From assembly GCA_963715955.1 (NCBI GenBank), contig CAVQSQ010000012.1, positions 211,050 through 275,049 of the forward strand: 64,000 nt of DNA, read 5' to 3'. This document shows, one piece after another, positions 1 to 8,575 of the stretch (the first letter of the stretch is position 1; every line of letters begins with the position of its first letter). The stretch comes from Candidatus Sulfomarinibacteraceae bacterium. Its GTDB lineage: Bacteria; Acidobacteriota; Thermoanaerobaculia; Thermoanaerobaculales; Sulfomarinibacteraceae. The notes under the pieces are model-generated. The model ran no database searches, was not told the origin of the DNA, and saw only the letters and a list, made by a program, of their open reading frames with translations. Both the position numbers and the translations under genes were made by a program.

Positions 1-383
1 CTACCCGACCACCTTCATTCAGTCTGGTCACTTCCCGAAGGTGATGACGACTATCCTGCGCGATGGAGAAAACTCAAGGGGGTCTTTTCCCGCAATTACC
101 GCTCGATGGTGGTTCATCTGGTGAGGTGAACCCATCGCGACGGCGTAAAGGCGAGGTCGGCTTGTGGCAGCGGCGGTATTGGGAACACCGGATCCGGAAT
201 GCAGACGATTTTCGCCGCCACGTCGAATATACGCACTTCAATCCGGTCCGACACGGTTACGTTTCGAGAGCTGCGGATTGGCCGTATTCGAGCTTTCACC
301 ATCACGTCACAAAGGGGTGGATCGAACCGGACTGGGGAACCATCGAACCGGACGGACTTGTGGGCCTTGTCGCCGGAGAGTGA
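1..383 (+). CDS. REP-associated tyrosine transposase (RAYT, IS200/IS605-like HUH/Y1 enzyme); 5' end lies outside the window; apparent 1-nt frame break near 96-97
   Basis: Frame 1 from base 1 reads LPDHLHSVWSLPEGDDDYPARWRKLKGVFSRN, which includes the HUH motif HLH. Frame 3 continues LPLDGG...RRRKGEVGLWQRRYWEHRIRNADDFRRHVEYTHFNPVRHGYV..DWPYSSF, which includes the Y1 motif YxHxNPV. The frames join at AATTA (94-98). REP doublets follow immediately downstream. Confidence 0.8.
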
Positions 384-388
384 ATCAG

Positions 389-765
389 CTCTGATGGTGG
401 GCCGAGGCCCACCCTACCAGGCAACGGGTCCTTCGAGCCCGACGTAGGGTGGGCCTCGGCCCACCTTCAGAGCACTCGATGGACGCATGGCGCTGCAGCA
501 CGACGAGCGCGGTCCTCGATCCGCTGGGTTCGATACCTCTCCGTGAACGACTCTGATGGTGGGCCGAGGCCCACCCTACCAGGCAAGGGGTCCTTCGAGC
601 CCGACGTAGGGTGGGCCTTGGCCCACCTTCAGAGCACTCGATGGACCCATGGCGCTGCAGCACGACGAGGGCGGTCCTCGATCCGCTGGGTTCGATACCT
701 CTCCGTGAACGACTCTGATGGTGGGCCGAGGCCCACCCTACCAGGCAAGGTGTCCTTCGGGACCG
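389..765. repeat. REP-doublet (REPIN-like) tandem array, 162-bp unit, two full copies plus a partial third
   Basis: Units start at 389, 551 and 713. Each holds two inverted copies of GTAGGGTGGGCC(TC/GA)GGCCCACC, a hairpin of GGTGGGCC paired with GGCCCACC carrying a GTAG head, about 25 nt apart. The units differ by only a few substitutions. Confidence 0.9.
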
Positions 766-775
766 ACGAATGAGC

Positions 776-1237
776 TCACTCGGATGCGGAACAGCGTTCG
801 GCGTAGGTCTCGAGCACCGCGACCCAGCCGGTTTCGTAGTCCGCCCGGGTCTCTTCCGCGAGGTCCCCGAGAATCTCCCAGCCCCGGTGTTCGAGCTCGA
901 CGCGGGTCCCCTTTTTGGTGCCGATGAAGCGCAGTTCGATTTCCTGCGCGGTGGTGGCGTCCCTCCCCGGATGCCACGAAAAGACCACTCGGGCCGACGG
1001 CTCCCATGCCGTGATGGTGCCCCAAAGGTGAATCGTCCCGTCGTTGTGCGTCTCGTATATTCTGCCGCCGTCACGGCCCTCGAAATGACACGAGGCAGTT
1101 TCGGCCTGGCCGACCGAGTGCGTTGCCAGCGGCCACCAGCTGTCGATCTCATCGGTGAACAGACGGAAGGCGTCAGCCGGTCCACACGCCACCTCAACGG
1201 TCCTTCGAACCGGTTCAATGGTCGATTCAACGTTCAT
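776..1237 (-). CDS. SRPBCC / AHSA1 (activator of Hsp90 ATPase homolog 1-like) family protein
   Basis: Translation MNVESTIEPVRRTVEVACGPADAFRLFTDEIDSWWP... matches the family. GGAGG lies 5 nt upstream of the ATG at 1237. The gene overlaps the ArsR gene end by 11 nt, the usual ArsR-SRPBCC pairing. Confidence 0.8.
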   Translation of the reverse strand: MNVESTIEPVRRTVEVACGPADAFRLFTDEIDSWWPLATHSVGQAETASCHFEGRDGGRIYETHNDGTIHLWGTITAWEPSARVVFSWHPGRDATTAQEIELRFIGTKKGTRVELEHRGWEILGDLAEETRADYETGWVAVLETYAERCSASE

Positions 1238-1550
1238 CGCGTCCTCCGATCGTTGTTTCAGCACGAAGGGAGAAGGCCTGCAGGGCCTCTCCCCAGAACT
1301 CTTCCAGGTAGCGGCGGAGGGGTTCCAGTCCGCCGGGATCGATTTCGTAATAGTGCCTCCTGCCTTGCGCCCGTTCCCGAACCAGACCCGCCTCTTTGAG
1401 GGCCTTGAGGTGCTGCGACACGGCCGGCCGGCTCACCGGCAATCCTCGAGCCAACTCCCCCACCGACTGCGGTCCGTTGCGCAAGCTCTCGAAAACTGTT
1501 CTCCGCGTCGGATCGGCCAACGCTCGAAAAGGATCTTCGCGAGGTTTCAC
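1227..1550 (-). CDS. ArsR/SmtB family transcriptional regulator
   Basis: Winged-HTH signature FRALADPTRRTVFESLRNGPQSVGELARGLPVSRPAVSQHLKALKEAGLV. GTG start. Confidence 0.9.
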   Translation of the reverse strand: MKPREDPFRALADPTRRTVFESLRNGPQSVGELARGLPVSRPAVSQHLKALKEAGLVRERAQGRRHYYEIDPGGLEPLRRYLEEFWGEALQAFSLRAETTIGGRDER

Positions 1551-1654
1551 TAAGGGTAAGTATATACTTACGTATTACGTCTGTCCACCCTTCTCTTCCC
1601 GTGCAACCTGGAACTTCGGCGGCTGGTGATTTCCGAATCGGGCCGAATCGAGGA

Positions 1655-2503
1655 TCACACCTCGGTTCGCGCCCCGGTCGGGAATTCCCGCAACCTTTCG
1701 CCCATCACGCCTGCGAGGATGGGGAAAGCCTTCTTGCCGGTGCAGTGACCGGTGAAGACCGGCCCCGACACCCGCTCGAGGATCTCGCGGCCGAGCGCCT
1801 TCACTTCGCCCCGGCTGGCGGCCATGGAGTCGTAAAAAGGCAGACCGATGAGGTGGAAGCCCCCGAACACGGCCTTGATCGGTGTCGCGGGAAAGGCGTC
1901 GATCGCGGCGTCGATAAGATTGAGAACGCCGCTGTGCGAACACCCGGTGAAGACCGCCATGCCATCGTCCTCGCGCACCACCATCAGGAGCTCGTGGTCG
2001 AAGGGGTCGCGGACGAAGCCGGAGTCCCGCTGCACGTAGAGTTTGCGGTTGCCGCGGGGCCGCCGGTGGGCGGAACCGATCGCGGTCAGGAGAAACACGC
2101 CGGGGGCAATTTCAGTCGTATCGTTCACGAACTCGAACCGGTCCCGGTGGCGCTCGACGAGTTCGAGGTCGAGACCGATAGGTCGATCGATCACCGCAAA
2201 CGCCTTGAAGCGCCGGTCCGCGAGAGGGGCCTCACGAAGGTAGATCCCGGCACGGGTGTTCGCATTCAGGAAGTGCGCGAGCCCGCCTCCGTGGTCGAAG
2301 TGCTGGTGGGAGATGACCGCAGCGTCGACCGTTGATAGATCCACCGCAAGCCGGCCGGCGTTGTCGGCGAATGCCGACGACGAACCCATGTCGAAGAGCA
2401 CCGTTGACCCGCCGTGCTCGACGAGCATCGACAGACCGAATTCCGGCACCAGGTCATCGGCGGTTTCGAGCCGGCTGTTCTCGATCAGAGATGTCACCCG
2501 CAT
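1655..2503 (-). CDS. MBL-fold metallo-hydrolase
   Basis: HxHxDH motif (SHQHFDHGGG). AAGGAGG lies upstream of the ATG at 2503. The 427-aa track ORF is an upstream over-extension. Confidence 0.85.
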   Translation of the reverse strand: MRVTSLIENSRLETADDLVPEFGLSMLVEHGGSTVLFDMGSSSAFADNAGRLAVDLSTVDAAVISHQHFDHGGGLAHFLNANTRAGIYLREAPLADRRFKAFAVIDRPIGLDLELVERHRDRFEFVNDTTEIAPGVFLLTAIGSAHRRPRGNRKLYVQRDSGFVRDPFDHELLMVVREDDGMAVFTGCSHSGVLNLIDAAIDAFPATPIKAVFGGFHLIGLPFYDSMAASRGEVKALGREILERVSGPVFTGHCTGKKAFPILAGVMGERLREFPTGARTEV

Positions 2504-2623
2504 GAGCTTCCTCCTTTCGCCTCGTTCCCCGCCCATGCTACTCCAGTGAATCGGCGGACCGACCGGTCGTGTGGGTGATCCACACCACATTCCGTACTCT
2601 CGATCTCGGGTAGCCTGCCCGGT

Positions 2624-3430
2624 ATGAAGACAGAAAATCCGATTCGACTCGCCGGCGCGCTCTGCATCGCATCGATAGCTGCGTTCTCGGTGCGCCCGGT
2701 CTCGGCACAGGACACGTTTCGACCCGAGATCGTCGTCGCCGATGCCGCCGCCCACTGCCCGTCGGTGGCAGGCACGTTCGTGGTTCTGCTCGACCCTTCG
2801 CGAGGCATGCTGCTGTTGTCGGGCGCCCCCTTTCCGGGTGGTCACGTCATCGGTGATGCCCGCGGCGGCGAGCTGATGGTGAACCTCCCCGGCGGCACCT
2901 CTTGGAAACTCGACCGCGCGGGTTCCAACGCCGGGCAAACACCGCTGTGGGGTGCGCGCTACCCGTTCCTCGCCGCCAGCGGGTTCGGGTGCGTCGCCTT
3001 CGACCGCGACAACTGGTCGTCGGAGGGCGACCTCGTCACCTATGCAAGGTGGGTGGTCGAGGAGATCTACCTCCAGCTGCCCGCCGAGGAACGTCAGCGG
3101 CGACCGGACTTCCGGATCTCCAACCGCGACGTGGCGTTCCGTGTGGAACGCGACGGCTACCGGCCCCTGGAGATGAGCGGCAGGGAGGGTTCGACCCAGG
3201 CCGGCCGGTATCAGGACAGCCAGAGGACCTACCTCTTCATGCCCTTCGTGCTCGACGAGACCGAGGGACGGGTTGCCGTTCGGGTCTCGACCACCGACGG
3301 CGCCTATTTCGACACCACCGCAAAGACCGTTCTCGGGTGGGCCGTGGCCGCGCCAGGAGATCCCGGATCGCTGGCCGACACGACCGTCGTGGTGTTCGTC
3401 GACGGCGCTGCGGACGCCCCGAAGGAGTAG
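2624..3430 (+). CDS. exported hypothetical protein
   Basis: N-terminal signal peptide MKTENPIRLAGALCIASIAAFSVRPVSAQD. Non-repetitive, protein-like composition. No family recognised. Confidence 0.6.
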   Translation: MKTENPIRLAGALCIASIAAFSVRPVSAQDTFRPEIVVADAAAHCPSVAGTFVVLLDPSRGMLLLSGAPFPGGHVIGDARGGELMVNLPGGTSWKLDRAGSNAGQTPLWGARYPFLAASGFGCVAFDRDNWSSEGDLVTYARWVVEEIYLQLPAEERQRRPDFRISNRDVAFRVERDGYRPLEMSGREGSTQAGRYQDSQRTYLFMPFVLDETEGRVAVRVSTTDGAYFDTTAKTVLGWAVAAPGDPGSLADTTVVVFVDGAADAPKE

Positions 3431-3595
3431 AGCGGAGGGCCCGGTTCACGGCCTGTCGAAGGCCCCACGTCGGCTGGTGAATTGCTCGCTCGACCGTGGG
3501 CATCGACTGCAGCCGGAATGGTTGCATCTCGTGTCTGGGTTGCTTCGCACCGACCGGGCGCGGAGACGGTATCCGATGCGTCCGCACCGAGGCGG

Positions 3596-4546
3596 TCACA
3601 CGGTGAGCGCGGTCACCGCGAGGGTCAGGATCATGGTCACGATCAGGGCCACGAGATAGCCGATCAACAACACGACCATCTTGGCAACCGTCACGAGTCT
3701 GCCCTGTCCCTGAACCCTGCGCAGCGCGAGAAATGTGTAAACCGCGATGGCGACCACTGCCACGGCATTGCCGGGGTCGCTTCTCTCCGAAACGCCCGCG
3801 ACGAAATCGACAGAGAGCCCCGCGAGGAGAGCGAGGAAGGCGAAGCTGTGGAGGTGGAGCGAAAAGACCAACTCGGTGATGTAACTGCGGCGCCAGTACA
3901 GCAACCGGAGGAGCGCGGCGAAGACCGGAACCAGGATGACGATCGAATGTGCAAGCCGATCCGAAAACAACCGATCGAGACGTTTGGGCTCCTTCTCCGC
4001 CAGGCTCGTCAGTGGTTCAAACAGTCTGGAAAGGAACGAGTCGTCGTCGTCTGATTCGGCGATGGTGAGGTTTGCCGCACCGGCAGCGGCCTCGTCCCCG
4101 GGCGACTCGGTGTCCTGGTCAACACTGTCGCCGGCATCAACAGGCGGGACAGCGTCTTTTCCCTCGTCGATCGCGACCACGGTTTCGCCGGAATCGCTGA
4201 TGACAATCACCGAGTAGCCGGAGGCGGCCAACCCGATGAAGAGGGCCACGCAGATCGCGAAATACAGCTTGAACGGGTGGACGTAGCGCTTTCTCCGCCC
4301 GGCCATGAACTCGACGGTCAGAAATCCGGGGCGGGAGATCAGGGGCCACAGGGTCCGCAGGATCCGCGTGTCGAACGAGAAGAAGGCCTCCATCGCCTCG
4401 GCGCCGAGTTCTCGCAAAGGCCGGTCGAGATCGATCTGGCGCTGGCCGCACTTCGAGCAGAAGGGCCCACTCAGCTCGGCCGAGCAGTTGGGACACTCTC
4501 CTGCAATCGGTTGATTTTCAGGATCCGTTATCATCACGAGGGTCAT
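3596..4546 (-). CDS. DUF3667-like zinc-ribbon membrane protein
   Basis: N-terminal CPNC...CSKCG zinc ribbon, then PGFLTVEFMAGRRKRYVHPFKLYF and several TM helices. Confidence 0.75.
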   Translation of the reverse strand: MTLVMITDPENQPIAGECPNCSAELSGPFCSKCGQRQIDLDRPLRELGAEAMEAFFSFDTRILRTLWPLISRPGFLTVEFMAGRRKRYVHPFKLYFAICVALFIGLAASGYSVIVISDSGETVVAIDEGKDAVPPVDAGDSVDQDTESPGDEAAAGAANLTIAESDDDDSFLSRLFEPLTSLAEKEPKRLDRLFSDRLAHSIVILVPVFAALLRLLYWRRSYITELVFSLHLHSFAFLALLAGLSVDFVAGVSERSDPGNAVAVVAIAVYTFLALRRVQGQGRLVTVAKMVVLLIGYLVALIVTMILTLAVTALTV

Positions 4547-4554
4547 TCTACAGG

Positions 4555-5727
4555 GTGGAGGGAGAGCGTATGGCGGGAGTGGTCGTGTTTCAGAAGGGCT
4601 TTCGGCCGTTTTTTCTCCTCGGCGGACTGTGGGCGGCGTTCGCGGTGCCGTGGTGGGCGTTGACCTATCAGCAGCCGATGACGGGCGAACCGGGTCTCGA
4701 GAGCGTGTCCTGGCACAGCCACGAGATGATCTTCGGCTTTGCGATGGCGATCATCGCGGGCTTCCTGCTGACGGCGGTCGAGAACTGGACCAGCCGGCCC
4801 ACCGCACGGGGCTGGTTTCTGGCGGCCCTGGCCGGTCTGTGGATGATCGGGCGGTTGGTCGGTCTCGGCGGCCCGGTCGCGACGATCGCCGGCATGGCCG
4901 ATCTCACGTTCATTCCAGCCCTCGCCGCGGCGGTGGGTTTGCCGATCGTACTCGCCAGGAGCAAACGCAATTTCCTCCTCCTCGCCCTGTTGCCGGCCCT
5001 CTGGTTGTGCGACGTCTTCCTGCACTTGCGGACCTCCGGACTGCTGCCGGAATCGCGAATTCGCACCGACCTCGTCGCGGTCGACCTGATCGTCGTCATC
5101 CTGGTCATCGTCACCGGCCGCATCGTGCCGTTGTTCACCAGGAACGCGCTCAACGACGAGAGCATCCGCTCGAATGCGGCGATCAACACCGCCGCTGTTG
5201 CCGGCGTGCTGGCCGTGGCTCTCGTTGAACTGGTCGCCCCGGGCGGTTACCTGATGGCCGTCGTCGCCGGAATCGCGGCGCTCCTGGTCCTCGCCCGGTC
5301 GCTGCACTGGGGAGCCTTCAAGACCCTCCGCCAACCGATCCTGTGGGTATTGCATCTCGGTCACGCGTGGATCTGGCTCGGTCTCGCCCTCAAGGCCGCG
5401 TCCGCCGCCGGCCTGCCGGTACCACCGAGCGTCGCCACCCACGCTCTGACCGCCGGCGCGATCGGTACGCTGACTCTGGGCATGATGGCTCGGGTGACGC
5501 TGGGCCACACCGGGAGAGTCATCGTGGCAGGGCCTTTGATGACCCTCGCTTTCGCCGCCGTGACCGCGGCCGCGGTGCTGCGCGTGTTCGGCCCGTGGTT
5601 CCGCGCCGACCTCACGCAGCTCACCCTCGAGGTCTCAGCCGGGTTGTGGTCCCTCGCCTTCGCCCTTTACGTGATCGGCAACGCCCGCATCCTGATGACG
5701 CCGCGCCCCGACGGCAAGGAGGGGTAG
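4555..5727 (+). CDS. nnrS: NnrS family membrane protein
   Basis: FRPFFLLGG...WHSHEMIFGFAMAIIAGFLLTAVENWT pattern with about 12 TM helices. An alternative start is the ATG at 4570. Confidence 0.85.
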   Translation: MEGERMAGVVVFQKGFRPFFLLGGLWAAFAVPWWALTYQQPMTGEPGLESVSWHSHEMIFGFAMAIIAGFLLTAVENWTSRPTARGWFLAALAGLWMIGRLVGLGGPVATIAGMADLTFIPALAAAVGLPIVLARSKRNFLLLALLPALWLCDVFLHLRTSGLLPESRIRTDLVAVDLIVVILVIVTGRIVPLFTRNALNDESIRSNAAINTAAVAGVLAVALVELVAPGGYLMAVVAGIAALLVLARSLHWGAFKTLRQPILWVLHLGHAWIWLGLALKAASAAGLPVPPSVATHALTAGAIGTLTLGMMARVTLGHTGRVIVAGPLMTLAFAAVTAAAVLRVFGPWFRADLTQLTLEVSAGLWSLAFALYVIGNARILMTPRPDGKEG

Positions 5728-5759
5728 CCCGCTGGCATCCGCCGCGGGGCTGCGGCTCT

Positions 5760-6791
5760 TCACCGGCGCGGTCTTTTCAGACGGAGTTCGACAGTCATCG
5801 TGGGTGGGTGCAAGCAGCGGATATTCTCAGCTCGAAGGGCAGTCTCCGCACCCGGGGCCAGATCACCGTCGATGCGGATGTGGACCACCGCGTCGGGGGC
5901 AAGGGTCGAAAGCTCGTCCGCGAGACGTCGGGACAGGGCCGCAGCATCGAGTCCTGCGGGATCGACCACGATGGCGCACATGGGCCGGGTGGGAAGCTCG
6001 TGGAAGACATGATCGACGACCCTGCCGCCCCTCCCACCTTCCGCAGCCACCGTCATCGTGAAGAAGCCCTTGGTTTCGTGGCGTTCCGCAAGACTGGTGC
6101 GTTCGACCGAGCCCGGGTAGAACACCGGCGCCGCCAGCGCCCGGCCCGACAGGTCGCGCTCGAGCACCTGGCTGCGGTGGATGTGGCCGCTCAGGACCGC
6201 CGCGAACTGCCCCGGGATATCGCGGCCGCGGATGACATCGGCGCCTCCCCGAAAGGTGTAGTTCTGAACCTGCGCGCCCTCGACGGTCTGATGGAGGCAC
6301 AAGAGCCGGATATCGGCGTCCTGCTCCTGCCACCCCGTGGCACGGACCAGGTCCGCGAACCGGGACCGGATGCCGTCACGTTCGCAGGGAAAGGCGGAAA
6401 TCGCAACGCGGACGCCTCTGACATCCTGAAGCACTGTGCGCGGCCGGTCAAAGACGTGAAGATCGGCGTGGCTCGCCAACATCGGATATGGCAAAGCCGA
6501 ACGCTCGTGGTTGCCGGGCACCAGCAGCACCGGGACGCCGCGGTCCGCGACCTCGAGGAGAGGTTCCAGCGCAGCCGCCACCAACCCGGCCGAGACCTTC
6601 GATCGATAGAGCAGGTCACCGCCATGGACCACCAGGTCGACTTCGCCGCGAAGCGCGGGTTGGAGGGCGAGACGGGTGTTGGCGAAGAAGTCCGGGCCTC
6701 GTCGGCGGCGCTCGACCCGCGGTCTCACGGGCAGATCGAAGCCGAGGTGGGTGTCCGCGAGGAGCAGGATCTTGATCTGCCGATTCAACAC
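5760..6791 (-). CDS. metallophosphoesterase (SbcD/Mre11-like calcineurin fold)
   Basis: ILLLADTHLG, VVHGGDLL, LVPGNHE and SGHIH motifs. Confidence 0.85.
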   Translation of the reverse strand: MLNRQIKILLLADTHLGFDLPVRPRVERRRRGPDFFANTRLALQPALRGEVDLVVHGGDLLYRSKVSAGLVAAALEPLLEVADRGVPVLLVPGNHERSALPYPMLASHADLHVFDRPRTVLQDVRGVRVAISAFPCERDGIRSRFADLVRATGWQEQDADIRLLCLHQTVEGAQVQNYTFRGGADVIRGRDIPGQFAAVLSGHIHRSQVLERDLSGRALAAPVFYPGSVERTSLAERHETKGFFTMTVAAEGGRGGRVVDHVFHELPTRPMCAIVVDPAGLDAAALSRRLADELSTLAPDAVVHIRIDGDLAPGAETALRAENIRCLHPPTMTVELRLKRPRR

Positions 6792-6812
6792 CGCCTGAGT
6801 CTAGCCTGCATA

Positions 6813-8400
6813 TCACCAGCGGCGGCAGATGGTGCAGGCGTTGATACCGCCGACCCCCATGTTGATCTTGCCGGCGACGTCGCCTTCGATCTCCCGTTTC
6901 TCGTCGGCGACCAGACGGCTGAAGTAGGGCCGCACCTGTTCGTGGAACTCTTCGACCGTGGTGTCGACCGGGTGCAGCTCGCCCTTCGAGAAACCGATGT
7001 GCTGGGCGGTCAGCTCCCAGCCTCCGCACACCGACATGCCGTGGCCGAAGGATCCCTTGCGCGCGGTGAGTGCCGTGGTGTCGGGCACGACGGAAAGGAT
7101 GTTCTGCAGTTCGCTCCAGTCGCCCGGAGTCGCGGTGGCGTGCATGTCCCAGGTGGCCACCTCCCCGGGTGCCACGCCGGCCGTTTCCAGGGCCCTCCGC
7201 ATTGCCGTCCGCGGGCCCTCCTCGGACGGGGTGATGATGTGGTCCGCGTCCGATGACAGGGCCACGCTGAGAATCTCGAGACCGAGCGGTTCGAAACCGC
7301 GGCCCTTGAGGTAGTCGGCGTCGCCGACGATCCAGATGCAGGCCCCACCCGAAACGTGGGTGCCGCGGAATCCCGTCAGGGGTTTGGAGACTTCGCCGTC
7401 GTGCGACAACACCCTGGCTCCGTAGAACGCACCAACCGAGAGCGCGTGCGGTTCCGGGTCGGTCATGCCGAGAACCACCACCTTTGCCTGGTCCGAGCGG
7501 ATGGCATCGATCGCCATCTTGATCGCGACACCGAAGCCCGAACAGGCGGCGACCGGCGCGATGGCGGGCCCCGTGATGCCTCCGAGCATCGAAATCTGCG
7601 CGGCAGGTATGTTGGGGATGTTCCACAGCAACTTCGGGTCGACGGCGTTCCAGGGTTCGGTCGGGCAGCCGTACTCCTGATTCAGTTTTCGCCGGGTTGT
7701 CGCCTTGCGCCGAATCAGGTGGGATTTTCCGGAGTCGATGTCGCCGGTGATCCCGACCCTCTCAATCTCCTTCTGCCGTTCGAGGTAGGTCTTCAATCCG
7801 TCGCACCTCGCCACCCAGAATTCGTCCCATTTTTCCGCGGCCTCGTCGAAGTCGTCGCTCCACTGATCGAGGGTCTCCGGGTCCGGCGGCGCCGACAACC
7901 GCTGGCGGATCGCACTTTTCTCCCTGTCGTCGGACCTGCGGTATTCGGCGAGCTCGCTGTGGTGCTCGTCCTGGCACCAGAACCGGTTCCACCGCAATTG
8001 CGCACGGCGGTAGTGCTGGACGAGTTCGTACTGAAGAGGGAAGTCTCCCGAGCCCGGTCCCCACATAGACGTGGGCCTGCCCCCGAAGCTCTCTGAGCAC
8101 CTCGTCGATGCCGGGGTTCTGACCGAGCGCCTGGATGAAGGCGCCGACGGCGTATTTGACCGTGTTGCCCATCTTTTCCTGAAGCTGAGAAAACCTCCGC
8201 GGCTCGAACCGGGCCTCGATCCACGATCTGTAGTCCTCGAAATCGAATTCGGGTCGGCCGACCAGAAAGTTGCTGGGACCGAAGCCGTCGAAGGGCTCGA
8301 GCCAGGTGGTGGCCCGTTTCAGGTTGTCCTCGAAGGTCTCGATGTCGGGCGACTTCGGGGCGACGACGCCCCACCCGAAGATGCCGATGCGTTGTGTCAT
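6813..8400 (-). CDS. beta-ketoacyl synthase (KAS I/II-like) with a long charged insertion; split by a 1-nt frame break near 8048-8050
   Basis: The N-terminus MTQRIGIFGWGVVAPKS...AHVYVGTGLG lies in the frame of track ORF 7762..8487. The protein continues DFPLQYEL... in the frame of ORF 6813..8066. Catalytic triad motifs VAACSGF, DMHATATPGD and GSFGHGMSVCG are present. Confidence 0.8.
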
Positions 8401-8575
8401 ATGTGAATGCCTCTCGATATCGGTGGGACTCCACCAGCGGCAGAGGGTAGCAACGATTCCCGGCTTTCGAAAGACAAGGTGCGGCACGGCGACCGCCGCC
8501 TCGCACCACCCGCCCGCCCGTTTTTCCCCTTGTATTTCTGTTACGATACCGGAGGCGCCGCAACGGCGTCATCTC

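Noticed and set aside
385-1230. A 281-aa minus-strand ORF, together with the repetitive N-terminus of ORF 11078..12586 and ORF 62931..63470
   Set aside because: Their sequences are periodic translations of the REP array, the minisatellites and the hairpin repeats. They overlap better-supported genes, lack start-site signals, and have Arg/Pro/Gly/Ser-dominated composition.
5760-6791. Two stand-alone metallophosphoesterases (5760-6791 and 18594-19508) as parts of an SbcCD-like or phage-defence module
   Set aside because: No SbcC/ATPase, nuclease, helicase or other defence-associated partner is adjacent. The neighbours are housekeeping or envelope genes.
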